DNA of 64,000 bases from NCBI GenBank assembly GCA_043228905.1, contig JBHGNT010000007.1, positions 12,090,001 through 12,154,000 of the forward strand, given 5' to 3'. A program made the translations under genes and the position numbers. Numbering within the stretch: position 1 is the stretch's first letter; each line of letters opens with the position of its first letter. The notes beneath the pieces are model-generated. The model did not search any database. It saw only the letters and a program-made list of their open reading frames with translations, and had not been told where the DNA came from. The stretch comes from Azolla caroliniana. Lineage: Eukaryota > Plantae > Polypodiophyta. Positions 1-12,796 of this stretch are shown piece by piece.

Positions 1-2328
1 TTACTAATCTTTTAAAAGGTTAAACGCGTAAGTCTACAAAACCTATTGTGTGGAATGCTACACTAGACCTCGCCTTTAAGGAACTCAAGGACCTGGTTTG
101 CAAGGCTCCTTCACTTCTTTTACCTGATCCTTCAAAACCTTTTGAGGTTGAAATTGATGCAAGCGATTATGCTATAGGTGCTGTCTTGTATCAAGATGGT
201 AAACCAATAGCATTCGAGAGTATAAAACTTGATTCTGCTCAATGTCGGTATACCGTTCAAGAAAAGGAATTATTTGCAGTTATACATGCGCTCAAAACAT
301 GGCGCCATTATCTTTATGGAAATCGCTTTGTGGTAACTACGGACCACGAGTCCTTGAAATATTTTTGTGACCAACAAGACCTGAAAGGTCGTAAGGCACG
401 ATGGGCTGATCTCATCCAGGACTTTGATTTTTCCATACGATATCGTAAAGGTTCCATGAACACTGTCGCTGATGCATTAAGTCGCATCCGTGAAGTTAAC
501 ATGCTTAGCTTCATTGAAATAACATCAGATCTTTATGATCACCTTCGAGGAAAGTATCCTGATGACAGTTATTTTGCAAAATACTGGGCAAGAGTTGAGT
601 CTGGAACAGACACCACCACATCCTCGAAGGAATACTTCCACATTGCTAACGGTTTGCTCTACCGTAATGGGAAGGTTTGTGTTCCAGATTTATCCGAGGT
701 CAAAAAGAGGCTTTTTGAATGCCATGATGCACCCTCAGTAGGGCACCTTGGAATACATCGTACACTCATTCTCATCTCCACTCAATTTTATTGGCCTAAG
801 ATGCGTCCTGACATACATAGCTATGTGACTAAATGTCACCAGTGTCAGGTTAACAAAGCCGAACGACTTAAAGCCGCAAGACTTTTACATCCCTTGGGCA
901 TTCCCAATAATAAGTGGGAAAGTATATCCATGGATTTTATTGTTAGCCTTCCTCTCACCCAAAAAGGTCATGATGCCATCTGGGTTGTCGTTGATCGACT
1001 AACTAAAATGGCCAGATTTATTGCTACTAAAACCACGGTAACAGCTCCTGAATTGGCTTACCAATTCGTTGATGAATTGTTTCGTTTTTATGGGTTACCG
1101 ATGGATATTGTGAGTGATCGAGATCCAAAGTTTACTAGTGACTTCTAGAAGCAAGTCTTTAAGAAGTTAGAAACTACGTTGAGCATGAGCTCCACAGATC
1201 ATCCTCAATCCGATGGACAGATAGAACGAGCAAATCAAATTATTGAGGACATGCTTCGAGCATACGTTGGTGCAAAACCAACAAAATGGGAACGTTATCT
1301 CCCAATTTTGGAGTTTGCTTATAACAGCTCCAAGCATACGTCGACGGGATATATTCCTTTTATGTTGATGTATGGTTTTCAGCCACAAGCCCCGATTGAT
1401 GTTAATATACATCATGATGAGTTGCGAAGTACACAAAACTTTCTTCAGGATATGCAAGATATGTTGCATATTGCACGAGATAATATAAAAACAGCTCAAG
1501 ATAGAGCGCGTTTTTATGCCGATCATCATAGGCAACCTCATGTATTAAACCCTGGACAGAAGGTATTTTTACGTGTACCTCACAATTCTAAGACATTGTC
1601 TACGGGTAAGTGCGCTAAGTTAGCCCCACGGTTTTGTGGACCTTTTACAGTCCTCAAACGCATTGGGTCATCAGCCTATCGTCTTGCTCTTCCCGATGGT
1701 GTTGGAATTCATCCAGTCTTCCATGTGAGTCGTCTAAAAGAACTTCTAGGTTCTGGCGACAATACAGTTACAACTGAAACTCTGGTTACTTTTGAAGAAT
1801 TATCTTCTAAACCACATGTACCAGAAAGAATTCTCGATGTTAAAACAAAAACATTACGTACTAAAGAAATCCGAGAATTTAAAATAAAATGGATGGATAA
1901 ATCAATAAAAGATGCCACATGGGAACGCGAAAATACTCTTAGAACTAACTTCCCTAACTTTCCATTGCAAGAGTGCAATGTTTTAAAGAGGGGGAGTATG
2001 TTACGAGCATGACCATATAATATCCCGTGGTGAGAATTTACCGTAGTATTCTATACACGTGTGAGGGTTAAACGAGAGTGTAAAGAAGGGATCTTTTTTA
2101 CTACATCGAGACTCTGCTCTTGTGGTGGGTCAACTCTTGTAGTGAGCGCGCCAGTTCCAGGTACGACTCGACGCCACGGTGGTGGTATGGGACACCAATC
2201 GAGGCTTGAGTCCGTCTTGATCCCTTCGCTCGGGGGTGGTCGGGTGGATCGGCACCCTTCTTTCTCTTTCTCCTTTCTATCTATCATTACTTTATCCTTA
2301 TCTTAAGCTTACTTTAGTACCTAGATCT
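1..2328 (+). mobile_element. pol: Ty3/Gypsy chromovirus, 3' part (RNase H, integrase, chromodomain, PPT, truncated 3' LTR from 1999)
   Basis: ORF 48-1148 has RNase H (DASDYAIGAVL, ELFAVIHAL, TDH) and integrase (HHCC, SMDF, SDRD). One TAG at 1146-1148 replaces an expected Trp. ORF 1179-2012 has a GPF motif and chromodomain (PERILD...IKW...ATWE). PPT AAAGAGGGGGAG precedes TG at 1999. Confidence 0.93.
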
Positions 2329-4785
2329 CTAATAATTTGCCAGATTCTCATCAATATATTCCCGCAAAGTCTCTAGCTCTACAGGGGAGAGATTATAAAT
2401 TGGACCCCATGGAGGTTCTTTCCCTAGTTGTAAGTCAATAGGGCAGTCGTATGGTTGATGCTCTGGCAATGTATTGGCCTTCACCTTATCAAAGACATCT
2501 GAGAACTCCTTGTATTTCTCTGGTAGTTTAATGTCTGCTTCAAGTGAAGTGTATGATGGAGTTGCTACTATTGTGAAGACGAACATGGGCTCGTTTGCCC
2601 CTTCCTCCCGCAACTGTCGTAAAGAGATGGTCGATAACTCTGGGGATCTATTATCACATGTAAGAGAGAGGGATGCGGGATTTGTGCTTTTTTCCCGGGT
2701 CTCCTCAATTGTTCTTTTCATCCAATCAATCTTCGGGTTATGGAGTTCAAACCAAGGGAGACCTAGAACTATTGGGTGTTCCGGACTACGAATAATGTTG
2801 AAAGAGATTATGCTTGCCAAATCACCAAGGACTATCCTAATTGGCTCAGACTCCTCGACTATATCTCCTGATGCTATGGGAGGTCCATCAATGACTCTTA
2901 CGGCCACTAGGCTGGGAAGCTTATTCAAGAGGGCGTTTTGTGACAAGGCAAATTCACGATCCATGAAACAAGAGTTGGCTCTAGAATCTAGGAGGGCAGA
3001 GGATAGGACTCAATGACATGTAGATGTGGTAAGCTTGACTTGTGCTGAAAAAACTCTACTCACTTGATTTGATGAAATGGAACCACGAGTAGGAACTAAC
3101 TCTAAATAGCTAGGATGGTCCAGCCAAATGGCTCCTATTTTGGCCGAACTTACTCATTTAACACATCCTCTAATTGGCTCAAGACATCGAACCTATTCTC
3201 ATGCCATGGACTATAAGGCTTACTTATGTTATTAGTAGTAACAATGGAACTCGATGTGGGGTTTTCATGGGCACTTACTTGGTATACTTGACGCCTAGGT
3301 TTATGTGGACAATTTAGAGCTATATGTCCTAGACCGCCACAATACAGGCAGAGCTGATGCGCTCGACATCGTTGCTTCTCAGCATATGATAACGGCCCAC
3401 GTCGTTGTGTTGACTCTATTTCCATCAGAGTTGGGCCATCCCTTGTAATGGGTCTAGAAACTTGTGGAGGCGTTGCGACTACGGAAGCATAAGTCTGTTC
3501 AAGTTGGCAGCGTAACATTTGTTGGCGCTTAGAACGTCGCTCAAATAGGCGATTATCACATCGCACGGCTCGACTAATGGCTTCTGTAAGCGATTTTGGA
3601 TCTTCAAGGAAAGTAAGAAGAAGATCTTTGACATCATTTTGCAAACCTTGACAGAATTGATCTATTAAGGCCACCTCATCCCAAGGGATATCGCATGCCA
3701 AGAGACGGAAATCGGTTGCGTAAGCCGACGCGGGATGATCTCCGTGTCGAGGCCTTCAAATCTTGTTTATCGATGTCCCAGTGTTGTCGGTGTCTCTAAA
3801 ACTAGCTTGAAACTCTTTAAAAAATGCCTCGAAATCCTCCAACAATGGTGATTTCTTCACGAGAAGTGGTGCGAACCATGCTAACGATGTACCGCATACC
3901 AAAGTTCCCACTAATCCCACACGAGCAACGTCAATTGGATACCGATTGGGATGTCATTGAATAACCAGACGAACTTGATTCAAAAAGCCTCGAAATAAAG
4001 ACCTCGTACCATCAAACTTGGCGGGGAGGTTGATCTTTGCCTCTCTAGGGGACGCATGTTCTCATAATGACAATATAGTCGCCTCGAGTTGATGAACCCG
4101 CTGTGATAACTCTTCATACTGTTGAGCATTTTCAGTGCTCACTTGTTGTAGGTCTCCAAGTAGCCTTCGATTCTCATGCTCTAATGCCAAAAATTTATTC
4201 GTGAGCATGTCGAGCTCAGAAAGAACACGCATGTATTCTTGTTTGCTCACGGACTCCATAGCTTACGAGGGGAGAGGAGAAGGAAGAAGAGAACTTGTTA
4301 GTTGTGGAAGATGAAGAAATGAAAGATAAATTGGTTCAAATTGTCAAGACAGAGAGAGACAGAGAGAGAGAGAAAGAAAGAAGATAGAGAGATAATTGAA
4401 AAGGAATTATTATATTGAAGAGTAAATGGATTCCAAAGAGTAGGCAACAGAGTACTACAAAATGTCGTTGAACCAATTTAGGTTTGGGATGAGTGGTAGA
4501 TCCCGATTTATAAGTAATAGAGAACACTCTAGAATATTCTAGGTTATCCTAGAATGTAGAGTAATCTAGAATATCTCTAGAAGGTTCTAGTGTATAGAAC
4601 ACTCTAGAAAATTCTAGGTCATTCTAGAATGTAGAGTAATATAGAATATTCCTATGATATTAGATTTCATATTCTAAAAACTATACATACAAGAATGTTA
4701 ATACAATGGCTAAGGATTTGACATGTGTACAACAAGGTCGTGGGTTCAAATCCTTTCGAGGCATGATGTGAGTGTTATCATGATA
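2329..4785 (-). mobile_element. Ty3/Gypsy chromovirus (Tf1/Tcn1-like), 5' LTR 4342-4785 plus decayed gag, protease and RT start; 3' part missing
   Basis: Gag zinc knuckle CLYCGGLGHIALNC (ORF 3150-3701). Protease LLDSRA and IVLGLPW, then LPEHQPYDCPIDL...PIYNLS (ORF 2329-2964). LTR ends TGTCA...TGATA. No tRNA PBS. Confidence 0.88.
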
Positions 4786-5850
4786 GCGCCGACCCGAACG
4801 GAGGAAACAGAAGGTGGCTCGAGCCGGACTAGGTTTCGACCCCGGCAAAGGTCGTATCAACAAACGGCGAGACTGGAAAAAAGTGGGGCCATCAATAGTT
4901 GGATTGGCTGCGGAGATAAGGGTTGCGTTGGCTCCGACCCGGACGGATGAAACGAGAAGGTGGCTCGAGTCGGGCCAGGTTCTGACCACTGTGGTTGCGG
5001 GACCATCTGGGGGCGCGGCTCTAGAGGAGCTGATGAAGATGGTACACGATCTCCAAATCGGTCAGTTGACCAAAGGTGTATATAGTGTGATGTTGTTGGC
5101 CACATCCGAAGAGACTGCGTCAACTTCGACGAAGCCCTTAGGAGGAACATGGTATACATTTCGAATGATAGGGTGCATGCGAGCGACACGCGAAGGCCGC
5201 TCGAAGTAAACACCGGATGAGGTGGCATGAAGAGGACATTGGAGGAGGCAACGATGCGTCATGTCGAGGCCATTCACTACTCGGCCTCGGTTGGCATCAA
5301 TGTGGGCAGAGAGAAAGCCACTGACTTTGGGGCTGACTCCGGATTTTGGTCGGTAGTACTAGAGGGATTCCACGGAAAGAAGGTCAAGAAGGAGGAAGTC
5401 AATTGTGCAAAGAGCCAGGTTCACGAAGTAACCGGATGGAGCGATCCGGTTGAGGAAAAGACCGACTTCGTATTAGGTTCTGGTTAACGACAAGCTGGCC
5501 GGAAAGACTGGAGGGGCAGGCCCTTCGGTGATGTACGACACCCGGAGCAGACCCAGGAGGAGTGATTTCCAAGATGAACCTACGGAAGGTCCTGAAGGAG
5601 CGAATCCTCGATAGTCGCGTGGAACTCACGCTGCGGGAAGTGGTGGGAGTAGAAAAGAAAGAGTTCCATGATGGCATTGTCGATCTCGTAAAGAATAAAT
5701 GGCTAGCGACAGAGCCAGAACTGAAAAAACCGGTAGAAGTAAGGCGGCACTCCTCGATGAGGTGGCTATGGAAGATGCGTTTACCGATAGCCACTACGTT
5801 AGGCCGCATTGGACGAGGGCGACAATGGAGACCCCGGTTTGGATTGGGGA
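4786..5850 (+). mobile_element. gag: Decayed gag fragment of a Phygy/Selgy-like Gypsy
   Basis: LEELMKMVHDLQI, VTGWSDPVE, ILDSRVELTLREVVG and SHYVRPHW resemble the gag of the 23497-30911 element (FTGWNDPVD, ILNSKVEFTLREVLD, SHYTRDH). Confidence 0.8.
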
Positions 5851-6164
5851 TGGTTGGGAAAGATGTCCCTCTAGATGGGAAGAGAAGTACCGTGTTGGTG
5901 AGTATCTCGATCGAGACTGAAACCGAAATCAAAACCGAAAACCAAAATCGTTTCGGAAGACTATAATTGTAAATAGTCTAAAATGCCCCTTGTGGGCTAT
6001 ACTTGTAAATAGCCAGAAAGTTTCTTTTGTTTATAAGAAACTAGGGCAAACTTTAGTAAGTGTAGTTGATCATTATTGTAAAGTGAGAACGAGGTACTTG
6101 CCTCTATAACCATGAGTGAGAGAGTGAGAGTGTAACTTTGTGGCTGTCTGTCAGACGAAGGAGA

Positions 6165-9150
6165 TGTTACCCCGTACGAGATGTACGAAGAGTCAAGTGT
6201 GATGATCGAGGGTCGAATGTTATCATGATGTTGTTGTGTATGTGTAGGAGGCATAAATGTAATTGTGAGTCGATACGTATGTGAACACATGCACAAGTGT
6301 GTGCATGTGGATGGATACGAGGTGTGAGTGAGTGTCCAGTATGAATGCTCGAGGGGGCCTACACCCCTATGTATCTACCCCCTCTTGTACTATTTAACCC
6401 CTTATGGGGAATGAATGAAACATGAATGAACATTTCTCTCTAATCTCTCTCTTTGTCACCTTTTCTCTTCTCTCTCCCTCTCTCACGTTGAACCCCCTTG
6501 GGAGGGGGGTGGAGCCATTCTAGGCACCACCCTCCACCCCACAATGCTTCTCTATATGATCTCTCTCACCATCATACTCTCCATCACCATGTCTATCTTC
6601 ATTACCAATCATCATAGTTATCATTCATCATCGTCGTCGTCGTCCTTAACCCTAACTCTAAAACGTACAACACCTTTTGGCGACCACTAAGGCGACCCCC
6701 CTTTGGAGACGGAGTCGAAGAATGATATGTGGCGATGCAAGTCAATAACGACAAAATATGCAAGAAATGGTGATGGTGATTGAAAGTCGTCGAGGAATGC
6801 AACAGGGTGATGTTGTGCGCAAGGAAGATGAAGAATGTTACGTGGTGATGATCTGCAAGAAATGGAATCGACAACAATATGCAAAAAATGGCGACCATGA
6901 TGTGCATGAGAAGCAAGAAATGACAGATTGATTATCCATGCCATGATTCTGATACAAATTAATGTCTATACAAGTGTATTTTGTTTGACATGTGATTGGT
7001 CTTTTTGGCGTGGATCTGATCGCAAAGAAAGAAGAAAAAAGCAAGGTAGAAATAAAGCCTATGATCTATGCGAGACCCAACCACCACATGTTGTATCTTC
7101 CAAAGATGCGAGAGTGCATTTCTATCCACATATGACCAGACACACATGGCCAGAAAGAAAATGACTGGACCAAAGGGAATTGTTGGAACAAAGATGGAGA
7201 AGGCAATTAAGAAAGCGAAAGAAATACAAACAGACGCAGAAAGACACGACTAGTCAGATGGCCGGGAACAAGGAACCAGAAGTACAACCAAATGGGCAGA
7301 ACTCGCCGGAATGGCCGGAGTGACCGGACAACGGGCAAGAGTGGCCGGAGTGACCGGATAGCAGCCGAAGTGTCTAATTGGCCGGACAACAGTCGGAGCG
7401 ACCGTAGAGAGGTCAGAATGGCCGAATAACGGCCAAACAGCGGCTGAAGAGCAACCGGGCAACAGTCTGAGCGGTTGGAGAGCGGTCGGAAGGGATGGAA
7501 ACCAGTCGGAATAACCTGATGTAGACAGGCAGCCGAGACGACAGACCGGATGCATGACCGAAAGACGACGGACAACAACCAAACTGACTACCGGAAAACC
7601 GACAGGAACGAGCCGGACTAAGATGGCTCGAAGGCTAGAACACCGACAGAGATGGAGGAGAGGCCGGAGAGCGACCTAAGAGTGGTCGTAGTGCCGAACA
7701 ACGCTAGAACGGAGGCGGCTGGACCAGACGACGCCGGACAACGACGAAGATGGAGACGGACAAACAACGGGATGACGGCAATGGCAATGGCAACGGCAAC
7801 GTACAAAGAGTGACAGAGATGACAATCGAAATGTACAGCCATGCCAATGGCAACGGCAACGGCAACGACCAGACAATGGGACATTGACACCAAAAAGCGA
7901 CGTAGCCGGAAACAGAGCCGCCGAAAAGCGAAGGAGACAATGACAACGACGGAGAGCAGGTCGACGAGCGGAGGAAGAAATGGCTCGAAACGACACAGAA
8001 GAAGAAGAAGAAGAAATAGAGGGGAGAAAGAGATAACAAGATGAGCATGAACTAAGACAAATAGACAGAGATAAAATAGATTGGAAGAGGATGAAGAGGA
8101 AGATAGAAGACTTTCTCTTGAAGAGAAGAAAGCTAACGAATCGCAAGAAGGCGGGAAGAAGAGAAAGATGCAGACAACGGCAAGAGAGAAACGTAAGAAG
8201 CAAAGAAGAAGACAAACACAAAAGCAAAACGACCTAAAAGCAAAACTCAAATCATAACAAAACCAAATAGAAATACGAGAGAGAGGGAAAAAAGGAGATG
8301 AGGGCATCCATGAAATTTTAAAAACATGAGGGTACAATATAACATTTTAAAAAACAAGAGGGCACCACCAAAATTTTGAAAATCCCCAACACTACTCACA
8401 CACACTCAAAACAAAGGAAGAACATACATACACACGACATGATTTTGGACCCATGAAGAAGTTCGTAAGCCGACAAAACGAGAATGTTCGTGTCGCGGAA
8501 AGATTTGCTGACTGACAAAGATGTTCGAGTCAAGCACTCCGATCGAGGGAGTCAATCGTTGAAAGGACCGATGGAAGTTCCGGTCAAAGAAATATCATCA
8601 TCAAGGCATGTGGGATCAACGTGCAAGGCACTTTCCCACGGGCGTGCCATATTGTGTTACCCCGTACGAGATGTACGAAGAGTCAAGTGTGATTATCGAG
8701 GGTCAAATGTTATCATGATGTTGTTGTGTATGTGCAGGAGGCATAAATGCAATTGTGAGTCGATACGTATGTGAACACATGCACAAGTGTGTGCAGGATG
8801 GATACAAGGAGGTGTGAGTGAGTGTCTAGTATGAATGCTCGAGGGGGCCTAGACCCCTATGTATCTACCCCCTCTTGTACTATTTAACCCCTTATGGGGA
8901 ATGAATGAAACATGAATGAACATTTCTCTCTAATCTCTCTCTTTGTCACCTTTTCTCTTCTCTCCCTCTCTCACGTTGAACCCCCTTGGGAGGGGGGTGG
9001 AGCCATTCTAGGCACCGCCCCGCAATGCTTCTCTATATGATCTCTCTCACCATCATACTCTCCATCACCATGTCTATCTTCATTACCAATCATCATAGTT
9101 ATCATTCATCATCGTCGTCGTCGTTAACCCTAACCCTAAAACGTACAACA
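6165..9150. mobile_element. Non-autonomous LTR element A (dual-PBS family)
   Basis: Direct repeats 6165-6672 and 8655-9150 (TGTTAC...CAACA). Perfect TSD GGAGA. No TE protein domains inside. TGGCGACCAC follows the left LTR; TCCCACGGGCGTGCCA precedes the right LTR. Confidence 0.93.
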
Positions 9151-11980
9151 GGAGAACTCGAGGTCTTTGCCTCCGAGTTCCATATTTGTACTTCCTCTCT
9201 ACCATAGTGATAAGTTTTCTCAGGGTTTGTAGAAGCCCGTGGTTTTTCCCATTTCGGGTTGTCCACGTAAAATATCGGCGTCTCTGTGTGTTCACGATTT
9301 TTTGTCTGACTGCTAATTCTTGGTTTCTGTACACAAATACAAATGTGTAACCAGTTGTGGCCGATCGTTTCCTAACAAAGTGGTATCAAAGCAATGGAAG
9401 ACTCGCTCGGCAGCATGTTTAACCTAACCAGATCCAACTACTCAATGTGGAAGTCGAACATGAGAGACATGCTCGGGTGTAAAGACCTCTGGTTGCCGGT
9501 GCAGTTCGGAGATAATAGACCAGAGAAGATTGATGCAGCGACTTGGGAAGTGTTGGATCTGAAGGCGGTCACATATATAAGGTATTTTATAGACATCAGT
9601 CTATACAACACCTTCGGCGAAGAAACGGAAGCAGATGTCCTATAGAAGAAGATCGTCGTCATGTTCGAAAACAAGAACGACGTGAACCGAGTCTCAGTAT
9701 TTCAAAAAATCGTGAGGCTCTGGTATCAGGATGGCTCCAGTATGGCGGAGCACCTCAATGCCTTCCAAAGACTGATGAACCAAACTACCTCTCTAGAAGT
9801 ACCTCTGGCCGACGAGGTATTAGCACTGTTCTTGATGGGATCCCTTCTGGACAATTGGGAAATGTTGGTTGTCATGGTGGGCAACGTGGGACCGGAAGAG
9901 AAACACCTATCCCTAGTGCAGGTGAAGTCAAGCTTGCTAAACGAAGAAGATGGCCGGAAGGACCGAGAGTCCAATACTGACCAGAAGGCCTTAGTCATGG
10001 AAGGTGACATGATTCAGGGAAGAGGTCGAAATCGAAGTCCCCAGAACCACGATAAATCGGGGCCCAGGTCCAAGTCGAGGGGGAGACCCACGTGCTTCTA
10101 TTGTGGGAAGCTGGGGCAGTTCCAGAAAAACTGTCGACACTTTCAAAAGGAGAAAGAGGAAGCTGATGGTAGAGCTGAAGAAAATTTCGGACAGGAAGAA
10201 CACCTCAGCAATTGTTGGAAGTGAGGAGGAGTTGTTGCTCATTACTGAGCAAAACGAAGTGAATCTCGTAGGCGAAGAATCAACATGGGTGGTCGATTCG
10301 GGTGCGTCGTTTCACCTAACCCCTGACCGAAAGTGTTTCTCATCCTACAAAGCCAGAGATCTCAGATCTGTAAAGATGGGAAATGAAGGAGCATGCCGAA
10401 TCGTTGCCATTGGAGATGTGTGTTTGGAAACCTCAACAAAGTGCTGACTCATGTTGAGAGATGTACGACACGTTCCAAAGATTCAATTGAGCCTAATATC
10501 AGTCAGTCGACTAGATGATGAAGGCTACACGGGTAGCATCCAGAATGGTGTCATGAAGTTCAGCCAAGGAAGCCTGATCATGGCTTGACCTCGGAAGACC
10601 ACACACTGTACATAATGAATGGGGAAGCAAACGTGGTAGCTGATACAGTTGGTGAACTGTGGCACAGGAGGTTGTGCCATATGAGATAGAAGGGGATGCA
10701 AAAGCTTGCCGAGGACAACCTCATTCCTGAGGTGAAGAACGTGCAACTTGAGAAGTGCACAGATTGCTTGGCTGGAAAGCAGAATCAAACATCCTTCTGA
10801 ACGAGGCCCCCAATGAGGAAGAAAATACCGCTGGAACTCGTACATATAGACGTATGCTTTGTGGACACGAAGTCGCATGGTGGCTCATAATATTTCATTA
10901 CCTTCATTGATGACTGTGCCAGAAGTTGTGGGCTTCCGTGGTGAAGAAGGAAGGATAAAGTGTTATCCGTCTTCAAAGAGTTCCAAGAGAGGGCTGAGAG
11001 AGAGACTTGCCAAAAACTAAAGGCAGTTCAAGCGGAAAATGGCGGAGAGTACCGTGAACCGTTCGAGGAATATTGCTGAATGTTACCCGTAAGAATATAT
11101 GGGGAGGCATAAGGGTATGTGTAATGATGTGGTTGATGTGTATGTGTAAAGTAAATGAGTGTGTGAAGATGAGTATGTGGGAGCACATGTACAATTATGT
11201 GCATGTGACAAGAGTGTAACGATCGTCTCTTTTGTAACGTTCATTAGTATTATATAAACCCCTTATGGGGGCATCCAATGGATATACATTTTTCCCCTCT
11301 CATTTGGTGTCATTTCCTATATGTCTTTCTCTCTTGCTCTCTCTCTAACTTAACCCCCTTGGGAAGGGGTGAAGCCATTCTAGGTTTCACCGCCCACCCC
11401 AACAACACTTTTGGCACGCCCGAATGGACCGACCTTCCTTGACAGGAAGTCTCTTCTCACTCTCCCTTTTCCTCAATAATCTCTCTCTCGCTCTCTCTCC
11501 CTATCTGCATGTCTATTTTGTCTCTGTGCGAGAGAGTGATGCAAAGCATAACTATGACACGATGGACCAGCAAGGTAAGAGATCCATAGCCTCAGAAAGA
11601 GGAAGATCTCCACATCAAGTGAGTGTTAGTGACTCTGATAAATGTCATGAGGTAGTGCAAGGTTCAAAATAAGAAGAAGATAAGATGCTCCATAAGCATG
11701 CAAAAGAGGTCCAGTCCGCCATGTCTACCGTCCTTTTCTGCCATGATGGGTCATTCCATCACGAAGTTGTTCACTCAGGATGCGACTTCCTCCTTTGTGC
11801 GATGACAATCACCTCCTCACATCTTGCTCCTTGCTTGCTACATTTCTTCATCACACATCATACCCGATTCTCTACTATAGTAGGGTTTATGTCCTCTATT
11901 GTTGTCATCCCTCAGAGAGGACAAGGAGTGACAACCATGGTAGCGTTTGGCAACAAAAGAAACTCTAATGTTGTTTACAT

Positions 11981-12172
11981 GGGTCAGTGCAGGCTTGTGA
12001 ACTTCTTGCACTTCATCAATCGCACGTATATGGAGCTCGATACCGCTACCTGATCAACCCTGAGCGCTTCTACCTTGAGTGCGCAGATCAAGACCCTCCA
12101 ACCGGGAGTTCTAGATCCAGCTATGGAACAACCTGGAGGTGAGACGGTTGGGCATCGTGGCCTACTCGGGGC
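11981..12172 (+). pseudogene. KCS: Degenerate captured 3-ketoacyl-CoA synthase N-terminal fragment
   Basis: Clear DNA similarity to 40414-40636 (GGGTCAGTGCAGGCT...CTTCTTGCACTTCATCAATCGCA), with an internal deletion. Confidence 0.75.
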
Positions 12173-12681
12173 CGAATAAAAAACGAAGGACGTTTTCCAG
12201 AAAGCTAAAGCTATGGAGGATTGAGGATTCTTCTACATCCGAGTCTACTGTTTTGTACTCTGCTTCTTGTTCCCCTCTGTCATTCCTCGCTTCCTTTGAT
12301 CCCTGCTTTTAGACCCTGTGCACGTAGAGTGATGTAGAGCATAGACATGGCGAGGAGTCCTTGTCTCTCAGAGTGATGGGCATCATCATCAACACACCTC
12401 TCTGTGCAGAACTCGTAAGAGGAGGTGCATGTGAATCTAGAACTCCTCCCTTGTAACATGGTAGGAGGGTCGACGTAAAAGGATGTGATGGCTGCCTCAG
12501 TAGCATCCCTGGAGACATCTGAAGAAGAATCGAAGAGCACAAAAGATACCAATGATTCCAAATTCTACAGACAATTGCATGAACCGGATCTGCCCTTAGC
12601 AAAGCTTCATTCCGAAAGACAACGAGAGCGCTGATGATGAAGCTTCAGGATTGAAGATAATGATGACGAGAAAGAAGAATA

Positions 12682-12796
12682 GAGAGGATCAATGTTTATC
12701 TCAAGGAGGCTAGTGGAGGACGAGATGTACCAAGGGAAGTCCTCATGGATCGAGAGCCAGGAACGATGGACAGTATTCACACTGGGACCACTTGGT
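12682..12796 (+). pseudogene. TUB: Captured beta-tubulin fragment
   Basis: Translates [35 protein letters not shown] versus canonical [35 protein letters not shown]. Confidence 0.93.

Noticed and set aside
5878-5900. PPT plus LTR start at 5893
   Set aside because: Similarity to the 16937 terminus and to the LTR's own right end places the start at ~5851.
7161-7250. Possible CP12 or cysteine synthase fragment (MEKAIKKAKEI)
   Set aside because: The resemblance is too short and weak to call without a search.
7207-8337. Long minus-strand ORFs in element A
   Set aside because: Low-complexity translations of CCGGA-rich and AG-rich DNA with no recognisable domain.
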